Shown here: in pieces, positions 1-10,187 of the stretch
Layout of the letters: every line of letters begins with the position of its first letter
Numbering within the stretch: position 1 is the stretch's first letter
Source: Hyphomicrobiales bacterium
GTDB taxonomy: Bacteria; Pseudomonadota; Alphaproteobacteria; Rhizobiales; Aestuariivirgaceae
Assembly: GCA_031363045.1 (NCBI GenBank)
Contig: JANLTS010000210.1
Location: 1-48,743, forward strand
Reading direction: 5' to 3'
DNA: 48,743 nt
Position numbers and translations under genes: made by a program
Notes under the pieces: generated by a model
What the model was told of the DNA's origin: nothing
What the model saw: the letters and a program-made list of their open reading frames with translations, nothing else
The model's database searches: none

Positions 1-912
1 CGCCTGCTCGGTCGCGACATTCCCCTCGCCTTCCACGATCGAGGTGTCGAAACTGGTTCCGCCTACATCGGTGTGGATGATGTTCTGATAGCCTGTCATG
101 CCGGTGATTTGCGCTGCATAGCCGATCCCGCCGGCGGGACCGGATTCGACCAGTTCCTCGACCCGAGTGCGGGCCTGATCGACGGACATCATCCCGCCGT
201 TGCTCTTCAGGATCATCAGCTTACCGTTGAAGCCTTCTGCGGTCAGCACTGCCTGCAGCGTCTCAAAGTAGCTCTCCATGACGGGCAGCAGGACGGCGCG
301 GACCGCCGTGGTAGAAAAGCGGGTGTGTTCTCGGAAGATCGGCTTAACCTCAGCCGAAGTTACTACGGACACGCTCGGGAGCCGCTCGGCCACGCGTGTG
401 GCGACCGTCCGTTCGTTCTCGGGGTTGACGTAAGAGTTGATCAGGCACACCGCGACCGAAGAGATCCCATCCCCGGCAATCCGGTCGATGATCCGATCAA
501 GCTCGGCCAAATCGACCGACGTCTCGATCACGCCTTTGGCCGTGGTCCGCTCGTGTAGCACATGACGATGTCGCCGCCGGATCAGCGGTTCGGGCTTGGT
601 CTGATAGGGGCGGTAAAGATGCTCGCGGTGCATCCGGCCGATTTCCAGTACGTCGCGGAAGCCCTCGGTCGTGATCATAGCTGCGGTGGGAAAGCTGCGC
701 TCGATCAGCGCGTTCGTCGCGGTGGTGGTGCCGTGGACGAGAAGGTTGATCTCGCTCGGCTGAAGGTGAACCGCCGCAATAGCCTTCATCACACCCTGAA
801 CCCGGTCCTGCGGCGTGGTGAGGACCTTACCCGTGCGCGCTTCACCCGTGATAGCGTTACGGGTGTAAAGGTCTGTGAAGGTTCCGCCCACGTCAATTCC
901 CACCGTCCACAT
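1..912 (-). CDS. Hydantoinase/oxoprolinase family protein (N-methylhydantoinase A-like), 3' end runs off the window
   Basis: Not in the ORF track. Manual translation from ATG 912 gives MWTVGIDVGGTFTD...GKVLTTP...VHGTTTATNALIER...ITTEGFRDVLEIGR, the signature N-terminus of this family. Confidence 0.92.
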   Translation of the reverse strand, partial: MWTVGIDVGGTFTDLYTRNAITGEARTGKVLTTPQDRVQGVMKAIAAVHLQPSEINLLVHGTTTATNALIERSFPTAAMITTEGFRDVLEIGRMHREHLYRPYQTKPEPLIRRRHRHVLHERTTAKGVIETSVDLAELDRIIDRIAGDGISSVAVCLINSYVNPENERTVATRVAERLPSVSVVTSAEVKPIFREHTRFSTTAVRAVLLPVMESYFETLQAVLTAEGFNGKLMILKSNGGMMSVDQARTRVEELVESGPAGGIGYAAQITGMTGYQNIIHTDVGGTSFDTSIVEGEGNVATEQA

Positions 913-983
913 CCGACTCGCGCCTCGTTTTCTTGAAATTTATTAAGTCAGATTAGGAGAGTAAGCGCATCTGTCAACGATTT

Positions 984-997
984 TCTTTGATCAAAGA
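984..997. promoter_or_regulatory. Putative GntR operator
   Basis: Perfect 14-bp palindrome TCTTTGATCAAAGA between the divergent hydantoinase and GntR genes; degenerate copy TTTTGATCACGAA at ~1056-1068. Confidence 0.55.
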
Positions 998-1154
998 TCA
1001 CAGACGCGGTAAGATTTAGCGTTGTAGCGAGTGAACTTCCGTGGGGAAGGCACACTTTTGATCACGAATTGCATGACACGTAACTGGCGGCTATGCAGTC
1101 AGATGCGCATTTCATGCAGTCCGCCCCCGACAGAAAGCAGGACGATCAGACCCA

Positions 1155-1841
1155 ATGACCGACAACAGACTGCCCGACCTAACCATTCGATCCAGCATCT
1201 CGGACCTTGAGCATGTCTATTCTGAGTTGAAGCAGGCGATCATGATGGGCGAGTTCGAGCCCGGCCAGAAGTTGAAGCTCGCCGAACTGGCCCAAGCCTT
1301 TGGGACAAGCCAGATGCCCGTGCGTGAGGCACTTGGCAGGTTGGCCACGGCAGGCGCGCTCGATTCGGCGCAGCGGCGGTCAATGGTGATCCCTTCTGCA
1401 GACGTCGACAGGTTGCGCGTGATTCTTGACTTACGTATCGATCTTGAAGGAAAAGCCGTCCGGCTGGTGATGCAAGATAGCCGGGAAATCCTGCTGGATA
1501 GCTTGACCCGCACCAATGGCGTTATGGACGTCGAGGCCGCGCGACCGAGCCCCAACATCAAGGTCTACCTCGCGGCCAATCACGCCTTTCACTTCGCAAT
1601 TTACAGGGCCGCGGGTAACCGCGACCTGATCGATCTCATTGAAATTCTGTGGATGCGCTATGGCCCACTGCTGAACCTCTTGCGTCAGTCGGATGTGTCC
1701 TACTTCTGGCACGCGCACCATGCAGACCTGATCAACGCCGTCAAGGCCGGCGACCCGGACGCTGCGGTTGCCGCTCTGACGGCTGATCTGGAAGAGGCAG
1801 CAAGCCTCATCGCAAGCCGCTGCAAGCCCGCGCAAGGTTGA
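1155..1841 (+). CDS. GntR family transcriptional regulator (FCD domain)
   Basis: wHTH motif IMMGEFEPGQKL..LAQAFGTSQMPVREAL; FCD-type NHAFHFAIYRAAGN and H..LI.A...GD. Confidence 0.93.
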   Translation: MTDNRLPDLTIRSSISDLEHVYSELKQAIMMGEFEPGQKLKLAELAQAFGTSQMPVREALGRLATAGALDSAQRRSMVIPSADVDRLRVILDLRIDLEGKAVRLVMQDSREILLDSLTRTNGVMDVEAARPSPNIKVYLAANHAFHFAIYRAAGNRDLIDLIEILWMRYGPLLNLLRQSDVSYFWHAHHADLINAVKAGDPDAAVAALTADLEEAASLIASRCKPAQG

Positions 1842-2346
1842 CGCAATCCCTCGCAAGAGACTGATGCCTCAAGTGCTGCCTCTGAGACCTTTGCCTGTGA
1901 AGAGAAGACGTTGATGCTGAACGCAATTGCGACAACGGCCGCCCTCCCAGCGGCCGCCTGCGCGCAAATGTAATGTCTAAACCTCGTTGGAACTGAAAGC
2001 GTCGAGATCCAGAGATCCACGAATAGGTACCCCGTCTCCAAAAGGGTAGACAAAGACAACGACGGCAATCAGCATAACGTCGTTTGCAACGGCCTCGTCA
2101 CCTATGCGCAAAAAAGCGCCGGTCTGTGAATATCGACAAAGGACGACCGGTGCATCATCTCAGCGCATCGGAGTTGCAGAAGCCACAGTAGATTCCGCGC
2201 AATTCAAGGGCAATGACATCATCGTTCCGCTTGGGCCGACAATGTGACAAAGTAATTCGTCGGAACTTTTCTGGCATCGGACCAAGTACTCGATAAGACC
2301 GGTGCCGAAACTATCGCTCTTGGTGGAATGCTAGTCTGTTTCACGC

Positions 2347-3939
2347 TTACGCTTTGATTGTGCTCTCGCGCAGCTTCCAGCGCAGTATTTTGCCAACGGT
2401 GGATTTTGGAAGGCTGCTGATCAGTTCCACTTTCCTGGGCACCTTGTAGGGTGCAAGTTGCGTTGCGCAGAACTGACGCAGAGCTTCAGGTTCAATCGTT
2501 GTTCCCGGTTTGCAGACAATAAAAAGTGCTACCGTCTCGCCGGTGCGTTCATGCGGAAGGCCAATGCAAGCGCATTCCATGACGTTTTCAAAGGCACTTG
2601 CCGCAGCCTCAACCTCGTTCGGATAAACGTTGAAGCCAGAGACCAGTATCATGTCCTTTCTGCGGTCAATCAGCCGAAGGCGACCTTGTGGATCAAAAAA
2701 GCCGATGTCGCCGGAGCGGAGATAGCCCGCCGGATTGAATGTGTCCTGTGATGTCGGCTGGCCCCAATACCCTGACATGACCTGCGGACCTAAGATACAG
2801 ACCTCGCCTGTTTCTCCTGGACCCAGTTCTTGATCCTGAGCATTGAAAATGCTGATCCGCGTCCCGGTCAGGGGCAGGCCGACCGTACCGGAAAACTCCG
2901 CATCACCAGGACGGTTCGTGGTCAGCACAGGCGAGGTTTCAGTCATGCCATAACCTTCAAGAATATGGCTGCCGGTAAGGGACTTCCAGCTTTCGGAAGT
3001 AATTGGCAATATGGCAGATCCACCACCGATCGCCAGTTTCATCTGTGACCAGTCGATCTCTGTTGCGCGATAATGGCTGATCAGATTTGCAAACAGCGTA
3101 TTCACACCAGTGATTGCGGTAACGCTGCGCCATGTAAGTGCATCAAACAATTCTTCTGCATTGCTGGGATTTCGGACCAGAACATTTGTCGCCCCCTTCG
3201 AAAAGAAAGTAACGAAGTTCACCGTAAAAGCAAAAATGTGATAAAGCGGCAAAGCGGTCAAAATAGTTTCATTACCAACAGTCAGGGGCGCGGAAATTGC
3301 GTCCCAGACCTGCGCCGAATTGATTACTATGTTGCGGTGACGAAGAACCGCCCCTTTGGATCTGCCGGTCGTACCACCGGTATATTGCAGTAAGGCGATA
3401 TCGTCGGGATCAGCTTCGGGAAAACGCTTCTGCCCGATCGTCGCCAAGGCAGCCGTAAACCCGACGATCACACGGGCGGACGGCATCAGCAATGGGCCGG
3501 CCAAATCGCCGGTAACAATGACGATTTCTATCGGCAGGTCAGCTATTATGCTTGCAAGCACAGAAATAGCTGACTCATCAATCACGATTGCACGGGCCCC
3601 TGAATCGCGCAATTGATGGTGCAGTTCCGGTGCTGTATACATCGGGTTTACATTGACTTGCACCAATCCAGCAAATGCAATGGCTATGGATGATACCGGA
3701 AAAGCGGTGCAATTTGGCAGCATAACAGCAACCCTGTCACCCTTGGACAGGCCCACACTGTGCAGGAAACTTGCAAGTCCGGTCGCGCGTTTGCCGATCT
3801 CTGCGAATGTGAGGGTTTCATCCAGCGTTCGAAAGGCCACTGTGTCAGGAAACCGGGCAATCGCTTTGCGGAACAATGAGTTCAGTGTGGATGGTACATT
3901 GGCCAGTGTATGCTCCAGTGTTTCAGACTGATCGATCAT
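2347..3939 (-). CDS. Long-chain-fatty-acid--CoA ligase (FadD-like)
   Basis: AMP-binding motifs LQYTGGTTGRSKG, EGYGMTETSP, SGDIG, DRRKDMILVSGFNVYPNEVE, LPKSTVGKILR. Confidence 0.92.
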   Translation of the reverse strand: MIDQSETLEHTLANVPSTLNSLFRKAIARFPDTVAFRTLDETLTFAEIGKRATGLASFLHSVGLSKGDRVAVMLPNCTAFPVSSIAIAFAGLVQVNVNPMYTAPELHHQLRDSGARAIVIDESAISVLASIIADLPIEIVIVTGDLAGPLLMPSARVIVGFTAALATIGQKRFPEADPDDIALLQYTGGTTGRSKGAVLRHRNIVINSAQVWDAISAPLTVGNETILTALPLYHIFAFTVNFVTFFSKGATNVLVRNPSNAEELFDALTWRSVTAITGVNTLFANLISHYRATEIDWSQMKLAIGGGSAILPITSESWKSLTGSHILEGYGMTETSPVLTTNRPGDAEFSGTVGLPLTGTRISIFNAQDQELGPGETGEVCILGPQVMSGYWGQPTSQDTFNPAGYLRSGDIGFFDPQGRLRLIDRRKDMILVSGFNVYPNEVEAAASAFENVMECACIGLPHERTGETVALFIVCKPGTTIEPEALRQFCATQLAPYKVPRKVELISSLPKSTVGKILRWKLRESTIKA

Positions 3940-4955
3940 ATCAACACACTTTCTTCAATAATCTGCATGGCCTGCAGGGCCAAAGGCGACGTCAGACGAC
4001 CATACTCAAGGGCGCTCGCGCTCGAAGCATTCCCTTCGACACTGCGCTTCATAACGCCTTGAAGGATGGCAGCCAAACGAAAGAAACTGAAGGCTACGTA
4101 GAAAGTCCAGTCGCGTACCGGAGGCAGATTGCGACGTTCGCAATACAGCGCGACATAGGTCGCCTCGTCGGGAATGCCGATCGACGGCCGCTTTATGGTG
4201 CCAAGTCCTTTGGTCACAGGACCTGCGGGCAAACGCCACTGCATACATTGATAGGCCAGATCGGCATAAGGATGGCCAAGAGTTGAAAGCTCCCAGTCCA
4301 TCACCCCGATGAGGCGTTCACAATCCTTCGCAAACATCAGATTGTCCAGCCGGTAATCGCCATGTACCAGCGAAACCTTCCCATCGTCTGCCACCATGTT
4401 TGCACCAAGCCAGTCGATCAACTGGTTCATAGCCGGAATATCGCCAGTCTCGCTTTCGCGGTATTGTCGGGACCAACGCGAGAGTTGGCGCTCAAAGTAA
4501 TTTCCTGGTTTGCCAAAATCAGACATTCCTACGGAGATAATATCAACATTATGCAGCGCAACCAATGTCTGGTTTTGTTGATCATAAATAGCAGCTCTCT
4601 GTTCGAAGGTCATACCTGGCAACAGCGGATCCGATAGTACACGACCATCGAGGAACTGAACAATATAGAATTCAGTGCCGATTACGCCAGTGTCTTCGCA
4701 ATAGTGAAAAGGCCGAGCGACTGGCACCTCTGTGGTAGTTAATGCGGTTAGAACGCGAAACTCTCGATCAATCGCGTGGGCTGATTTCAGCAGAATACCT
4801 TGTGGCTTGCTCCGCAACACATAATGGCCACTCTTGGCACATAATTTGTAAGTCGGATTGGACTGCCCATCGGCAAACTTTTGGACAGAGATCAGGCCGT
4901 TAAACCCCGCAACTTTTGCCTGAAGATAGGTTCCAAGGCGGTCCACATCCATCAT
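3936..4955 (-). CDS. APH-family phosphotransferase (ACAD10/11 kinase-domain-like)
   Basis: GQSNPTY, SAHAIDREFRVL, HGDYRLDN, DWELSTLGHP. Start placed at ATG 4955, just after the upstream ACAD stop. Confidence 0.9.
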   Translation of the reverse strand: MMDVDRLGTYLQAKVAGFNGLISVQKFADGQSNPTYKLCAKSGHYVLRSKPQGILLKSAHAIDREFRVLTALTTTEVPVARPFHYCEDTGVIGTEFYIVQFLDGRVLSDPLLPGMTFEQRAAIYDQQNQTLVALHNVDIISVGMSDFGKPGNYFERQLSRWSRQYRESETGDIPAMNQLIDWLGANMVADDGKVSLVHGDYRLDNLMFAKDCERLIGVMDWELSTLGHPYADLAYQCMQWRLPAGPVTKGLGTIKRPSIGIPDEATYVALYCERRNLPPVRDWTFYVAFSFFRLAAILQGVMKRSVEGNASSASALEYGRLTSPLALQAMQIIEESVLI

Positions 4956-4956
4956 G

Positions 4957-6186
4957 TCATCCCCCATTGCCAACAATTTGCGCCCGTTCGCGCACCAGTT
5001 GTCGGCCGAGTGCCATCATGTGGACCTGGTCAGGCCCGTCCGCCAACCGGCATTGGCGCGCGTAGTTGAACAGATGCGCCAGTGGCAGATCTTCGGTTAG
5101 GCCAAGCCCGCCATGGATCTGCATGGCGCGGTCGATGACCGTTTGCGCCATCATCGGCGCTACAATCTTGATCGCAGCAATCATATCCATCGCGGCCTTA
5201 TTGCCGTGGCGATCCATCTTATGTGCGGCCTTCAGGGTAAGCAAGCGAGCCTGTTCAATCTCGCACCACGATTTGGCGATGTCTTCCCGGACGGATTGGT
5301 GTTCGCTCAGCTTGCGGCCAAAGGTACGGCGTTGCTCTACTCGGTCTAGTACAAGGGTCAGCGCGCGGTTTGCGCCGCCGATCAGCCGCATACAGTGGTG
5401 AATCCGCCCCGGCCCCAGCCTGCCTTGGGCTATTTCGAAACCACGGCCTTCTCCGACCAGTATGTTTTCAACTGGAACCCGGACGTTGGTAAATTCGACC
5501 ACAGGTTCGCCAAATGGCGCATCATGAAATCCGAGGGTGGTCACATGACGCACGATCCGCACGCCCGGGGTGTTCCTGGGAACCAGAACCATCGATTGCT
5601 GACGATGCCTATCAGGATTGTCAGGGTCAGTCTTGCCCATCACGATCAACAGATCGCACGTCTCACGCATGGCACCAGTGGTGTACCACTTAGTGCCGTT
5701 AATGACGTATTCGCTACCATCCCTGACAATGGAGCATTGGATATTTGTGGCGTCAGAAGAGGCAACATCAGGCTCTGTCATTGCAAAACCCGAGCGGATT
5801 TTTCCCTCTAACAAAGGTACCAGCCAACGCGATTTCTGAGCTTCGGTGCCGTAAAGATGGAGCGTTTCCATGTTGCCGCTGTCAGGGGCGTTGCAGTTGA
5901 ATATTTCGGCCGACCACCAGACTTCGCCCATGATTTCAGCCAATGGAGCATATTCTAGATTTGTCAGCCCGGCGCCATCGTGCGGATCCGGAAAAAACAG
6001 GTTCCACAGCCCTGCCGAGCGTGCTTTTTCCTTGAGCGCCCCGAAAAAAGCCGGTGTTTGCCAACGTCTTCCTGGTTCGGCAAGGGTCTCGTTGAACAGT
6101 ACCTCATTTGGTAGGACATGCTCGTCCATGAAGACGCGCACGCGCTTGCACAGGTCGGTCACTTTGGGGGAATAGTCGAATTCCAT
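4957..6186 (-). CDS. Acyl-CoA dehydrogenase (ACAD10/11-like)
   Basis: [63 protein letters not shown]. Confidence 0.93.
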   Translation of the reverse strand: MEFDYSPKVTDLCKRVRVFMDEHVLPNEVLFNETLAEPGRRWQTPAFFGALKEKARSAGLWNLFFPDPHDGAGLTNLEYAPLAEIMGEVWWSAEIFNCNAPDSGNMETLHLYGTEAQKSRWLVPLLEGKIRSGFAMTEPDVASSDATNIQCSIVRDGSEYVINGTKWYTTGAMRETCDLLIVMGKTDPDNPDRHRQQSMVLVPRNTPGVRIVRHVTTLGFHDAPFGEPVVEFTNVRVPVENILVGEGRGFEIAQGRLGPGRIHHCMRLIGGANRALTLVLDRVEQRRTFGRKLSEHQSVREDIAKSWCEIEQARLLTLKAAHKMDRHGNKAAMDMIAAIKIVAPMMAQTVIDRAMQIHGGLGLTEDLPLAHLFNYARQCRLADGPDQVHMMALGRQLVRERAQIVGNGG

Positions 6187-6211
6187 AATTTGTCTCCTAA
6201 GACAGGGTTTC

Positions 6212-6979
6212 TCAAGCCGTCATGCCCCCATCGACCACAAGACAGGCACCTGTCGTGTAGGAAGATGCGTCCGATACAAGATACAAGGCAGCCCCGGCGT
6301 GCTCTATTGGTTGAGCGGCCCGGCCCAGCGGAATAGTTTTCAGCAATGTCTGATAGGACGTATCGTCCGCTTCAAGTGCCGCGACGAACTTGGTGTTGGT
6401 CAAGCCGGGTAAAAGCGCGTTCACCCTGATACCTAGCGGCCCGCATTCTTTTGCAAAGGCCTTTGTCATGCTGAAAACCGCTGCTTTGGTGATCGAATAA
6501 ATCGCCTGCCTATCTCCCGGAATCAGGGCATTCACCGACGCCGTGTTTAGGATCACGCCGTGCCCGGCCTCGCGCATCATCTGCCCCATAGCGATTGACA
6601 TAAAGAAATAGCCCCGGACATTCACATCAACGGTTTTTTGAAATGCGCCAAGGTCGGTATCGAGCACATGTCCGAAGTATGGATTTGTCGCGGCATTATT
6701 CACCAGAATGTCAATGCGGCCATGATCCTTGCTGATGCCTCCCGCGATCCTGGCGATATCATCCATATTCCCAACATGGCAGGCCCGAGCCTCAGCGCTC
6801 AGCCCCTCGGCCTGCATCGCGTCGGCTACTGCTATACATCCGTCGATCTTCCGGCTGGATACGATGACATGGGCACCATTTCGGGCGAGAAGCCAAGCGA
6901 TTTCGGCTCCAATGCCACGGCTTGCACCGGTCACTAGGGCAATCCGCCCGGTCAGATCAAAAAGCTGTTGCGCATGCAT
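6212..6979 (-). CDS. Short-chain dehydrogenase/reductase
   Basis: [20 protein letters not shown]. Start at MHAQQLFDL (6979). Confidence 0.9.
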   Translation of the reverse strand: MHAQQLFDLTGRIALVTGASRGIGAEIAWLLARNGAHVIVSSRKIDGCIAVADAMQAEGLSAEARACHVGNMDDIARIAGGISKDHGRIDILVNNAATNPYFGHVLDTDLGAFQKTVDVNVRGYFFMSIAMGQMMREAGHGVILNTASVNALIPGDRQAIYSITKAAVFSMTKAFAKECGPLGIRVNALLPGLTNTKFVAALEADDTSYQTLLKTIPLGRAAQPIEHAGAALYLVSDASSYTTGACLVVDGGMTA

Positions 6980-7091
6980 GATCAGACTCTCCGGGCTTGG
7001 GCAGGCTGCATCGCCGCCTGCCAGCACAAGCCCCGCGCTCGCAGACGCCTACCAAGGTTGCAAGTCGGGGCCGAGATAACCGCGTTCGGCA

Positions 7092-8120
7092 TTACAGCGC
7101 CACCAGAATCTTGCCATGATTGCCGCCCGATAGCAGATCCTCGATGGCTTGCGGAGCCGCCTCCAGGCCTTGCACGATGTTTTCAAGAAAAACCAATTCT
7201 CCCGATCCCCGCCAACGAATTACATCGGTAACAAACTGGTCATAATGATCCAGGTAGGCCATGAACGGATAGGATTTAACAGTCAGAAACCGGTCAAGAA
7301 CATACTCAAAGTTTTGTAGATCATGCACCTTTCCGCCGGTCGAATAGATCCCGACAAGACCGGCTATCAGAATGGTCTTCTGGTCGTTCATTTGCGCAAA
7401 GCAGGCCGAAAGATGCTCGGGGCTGGCGCATTCCAGCACGAGGTCGATACCATTAGGACAGCCCGCCGCCAGACCTTCGGCGTAGGGAGTCACTTTGTAA
7501 TTGAAGGCGTAATCGACCTTCAGCGCGTCGCGAAGCCAGTTCACCTTGCCTTCGGTTCCTGCCGATGCCACCACCCGCATGCCATGAATTCGGGCAAGCT
7601 GGCAGGCCATTGAACCGACAGGGCCCGCAGCAGAAGATACAACACAGGTTTCACCAGCCTGCATCCGGGTTGCGCACATCATCCCGAAATAGCCGGTCTG
7701 GCTTGCGACACCAAGTATTCCCAGAAAATCTTTTTCGCTGGGAACCAAGGCCAGATCGCGTTTTGCGATGGCTGAGTTGGCAGAAATATAGGGGATAAAT
7801 GCATCCCCCGCTGAAATGAAATGCTCTTGCCAGCCGGACATGCTTTCCACGGTATCGCCAACATCGAACGCCGGATTGCGCGACTGCACCACGGTTCCGA
7901 CCGATGGACCATCCAACGCTTTGTTCAGAGGCCACGGTTCCAAATCGGTCGCCACCGCATCCATGCTACGACGCATGTAGGGATCAATGGACATAAAGGT
8001 GTTGCGTACCAGAACTTCCCCTAGCCGCAAAGGCGGCAATTCTGCACTAACCAGCTTGAAATGCTCAGCTTTTGGTGCAGCATCAGGTCTAGCGATCAAA
8101 TGGACCTGACGTGTTTTCAT
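7092..8120 (-). CDS. NADP-dependent oxidoreductase (PTGR1/CurA-like enal/enone reductase, MDR superfamily)
   Basis: SIDPYMR, GWQEH, VVSSAAGPVGS, FNYK, CPNGID, GLEAAP..G.NHGK. Confidence 0.85.
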   Translation of the reverse strand: MKTRQVHLIARPDAAPKAEHFKLVSAELPPLRLGEVLVRNTFMSIDPYMRRSMDAVATDLEPWPLNKALDGPSVGTVVQSRNPAFDVGDTVESMSGWQEHFISAGDAFIPYISANSAIAKRDLALVPSEKDFLGILGVASQTGYFGMMCATRMQAGETCVVSSAAGPVGSMACQLARIHGMRVVASAGTEGKVNWLRDALKVDYAFNYKVTPYAEGLAAGCPNGIDLVLECASPEHLSACFAQMNDQKTILIAGLVGIYSTGGKVHDLQNFEYVLDRFLTVKSYPFMAYLDHYDQFVTDVIRWRGSGELVFLENIVQGLEAAPQAIEDLLSGGNHGKILVAL

Positions 8121-9028
8121 AAGCGTTTCTCCGGGACAGGGCCCCAGACAAGGGGCAGAGGCTGAGTGGTTGTCGGTTGAAACGACATTTCGTCGTGCAC
8201 CGCGTGGAGGACCCCAATTACAAGGCGGCTTCCGCCCGGGCGGAGCAAGTTTTTTTCAGCAGCAATCATTGAGGCCTGATTTTTGAGGAGAAATTCTATT
8301 GCCCCTCCCTGATCGGGGAACCAGAACTCGAACGCCACGTCGATCTTGCTTGGCGGCCATCCGTCAAGTCCAATCGGCTCGGACAGGCGATGGCTGACGG
8401 CCAGCCTGACAAAGTCAGTCTGCTGCGCGATCATGGCGGCATGCGCGCTGCAGGCCGCATGAAACCTATCGCGAGGCATGTCATCTGGTCGATGTCCCAG
8501 CAGATACAGCTTGATCATGCCGGTTTCGGCAAGATCGGCGTCTTTGTCCACGATAGTTTCGACCTTCATCAGGGTCACTTCTACACCGCCGTCCGAACAC
8601 AGGAACCGGGCCTCATCGGGGGCGATCAGTTCTGCGTAGGCCGGATGAGAGAACCAGCGGCCGGCCTCTTCGACGGAATCAAGCCAGACTTCCGCAACCC
8701 CCTCGGCGGGTGACTGGATCCACGCGAACGGCAGCGAAAGGTCATGAGCGGGTAGCCGGTGGGCACACAGATACTTGCGGATGAATTGCGAAAAGGCTGC
8801 CACACGCATTACATGCGGTGAATGGTGATTGCGCCAGTAAAGGTGGAAATCACGCGCAGACAGCCCTGACGCCGGTGCCACTAGTTCAAGCAACTTGATC
8901 TGCCCTGTATTCGCGGCCCAAGGGCGAGGCTCATTCTTTGGGGGCTCAAGGCGAGGTCCGGGGATAAGGGGCATGTCGGGCATCCAAATATGGTTGTCTT
9001 GATGCGCCGAGCCCAAAGCTCGACGCAT
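8117..9028 (-). CDS. EthD-domain protein (two dimeric alpha/beta-barrel repeats); start uncertain (8974, 8983 or 9028)
   Basis: GLSARDFHLYWRNHH..YLCAH..EGVAEVW..Y..LIAPDEARF, then a second degenerate repeat (RPDDMPRDRFH...DVAFEFWF). Confidence 0.7.
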   Translation of the reverse strand: MRRALGSAHQDNHIWMPDMPLIPGPRLEPPKNEPRPWAANTGQIKLLELVAPASGLSARDFHLYWRNHHSPHVMRVAAFSQFIRKYLCAHRLPAHDLSLPFAWIQSPAEGVAEVWLDSVEEAGRWFSHPAYAELIAPDEARFLCSDGGVEVTLMKVETIVDKDADLAETGMIKLYLLGHRPDDMPRDRFHAACSAHAAMIAQQTDFVRLAVSHRLSEPIGLDGWPPSKIDVAFEFWFPDQGGAIEFLLKNQASMIAAEKNLLRPGGSRLVIGVLHAVHDEMSFQPTTTQPLPLVWGPVPEKRL

Positions 9029-9041
9029 CCACGGGTTCAGG

Positions 9042-10145
9042 TCACTTTACGCCCCAGGCCGCGCGATAGACCGCTTTGAAATCAATCGGGCTCTCATAGA
9101 TTGCGCCGTCGGCCGGCATGTTGGCCGACATGTCACAAACCTGATAGCCGATCCCTGTCGTCGTGCTCATCGGGTCTTCACCTGCTTGCAGGCGAATAAG
9201 CGCATCGACTGCGGCGTAGGTTTCGTTTGCCGAATTCAGCCCGACACACATCTGCATCCCAAAGCCGCTATAAATCTGCTGGATGCCTTGAGTGCTACCC
9301 TCGCCACCCGCAACCACGAATTCCGCCGTCTTGCCGGCTGACAACAGTGCAGTCGCACCGCCTGAAGTCATTACGGCGTCATAGGCGGGAATAAGTGAGT
9401 TTGCTTTTGGGAACTGAATTAGCGCCTGCTCGATCTTGCCCTGAAGGGCCGGGCCGAAATCCGCCCCGACAAACTCGATTGTATGGATAATTTCGCACGT
9501 GTCACATTCAGCGAATTCAGCGCGCCAGCCATTACCTACAGCCCGTGTCACGGCAAGATCGGTCTCATCTACGAGGATTGTCTTGGCTTCGCCCTTGGTC
9601 TTGGCAATAGTCCAGACAGCTTGCGCTCTGCCCCAACCCTCGAACCAATCCAGAAAATCCCGGTTGTCATCGGAATAGCGCACGACATGCGGAAAGCCGC
9701 CTGTGGCGCAATTTTCAGCCTCGATTGCAACGATTGGAATGCCAGCCGCATTGGCGGCTGCGACCCCCGTACTGATGCCGGCACAATCGACGGCCCAGAC
9801 AATGATACCGTCAGCTTTGGCGGCAATAGCTTGTTCTATCCCGGTCAAAGCGATGCTCGAATCGAACTGGCCATCAAAGATGTTGGTCCGCCAACCCAGC
9901 AATGCTGCTGCCTCTTGCAGATTCTTTGCTGAAACATCGCTTGGCTCAATGTTAAGACCCACCGCGACAAGCCAGACCAGTTGATCTGATTTCGGAACCA
10001 CGGGTGTGACTTGCGGTGCCGTGTATGTCCCAGTGTAAAGTGCCGCAAGCTTCTCGTCATATTTAGCTGCAGTGTCAGCAAGCGCTATAGTTGCGGTCAA
10101 TCCGAGCGCGGCGGCTATTCCGCCAACTTTCAAGTATTTCTTCAT
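9042..10145 (-). CDS. Sugar-type ABC transporter substrate-binding protein
   Basis: Signal peptide; Peripla_BP-like motif FDGQFD..IEQAIAAKADGII; operonic with permease and ATPase. Confidence 0.85.
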   Translation of the reverse strand: MKKYLKVGGIAAALGLTATIALADTAAKYDEKLAALYTGTYTAPQVTPVVPKSDQLVWLVAVGLNIEPSDVSAKNLQEAAALLGWRTNIFDGQFDSSIALTGIEQAIAAKADGIIVWAVDCAGISTGVAAANAAGIPIVAIEAENCATGGFPHVVRYSDDNRDFLDWFEGWGRAQAVWTIAKTKGEAKTILVDETDLAVTRAVGNGWRAEFAECDTCEIIHTIEFVGADFGPALQGKIEQALIQFPKANSLIPAYDAVMTSGGATALLSAGKTAEFVVAGGEGSTQGIQQIYSGFGMQMCVGLNSANETYAAVDALIRLQAGEDPMSTTTGIGYQVCDMSANMPADGAIYESPIDFKAVYRAAWGVK

Positions 10146-10187
10146 TTCATCCTCCGGTTGGGTTGGTGTGTTTCGTTTATGGGGAAC

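Noticed and set aside
73-936. Plus-strand ORFs 73-558 and 562-936
   Set aside because: Antisense shadows of the minus-strand hydantoinase gene, which has clear family motifs.
1842-2346. Intergenic stretch with a signal-peptide-like fragment (MLNAIATTAALPAAACAQ) and a minus-strand DDVIALELRGIYCGFCNSD fragment reminiscent of Zn-alcohol dehydrogenases
   Set aside because: Both are short and stop-bounded; cannot be told from chance without BLASTX.
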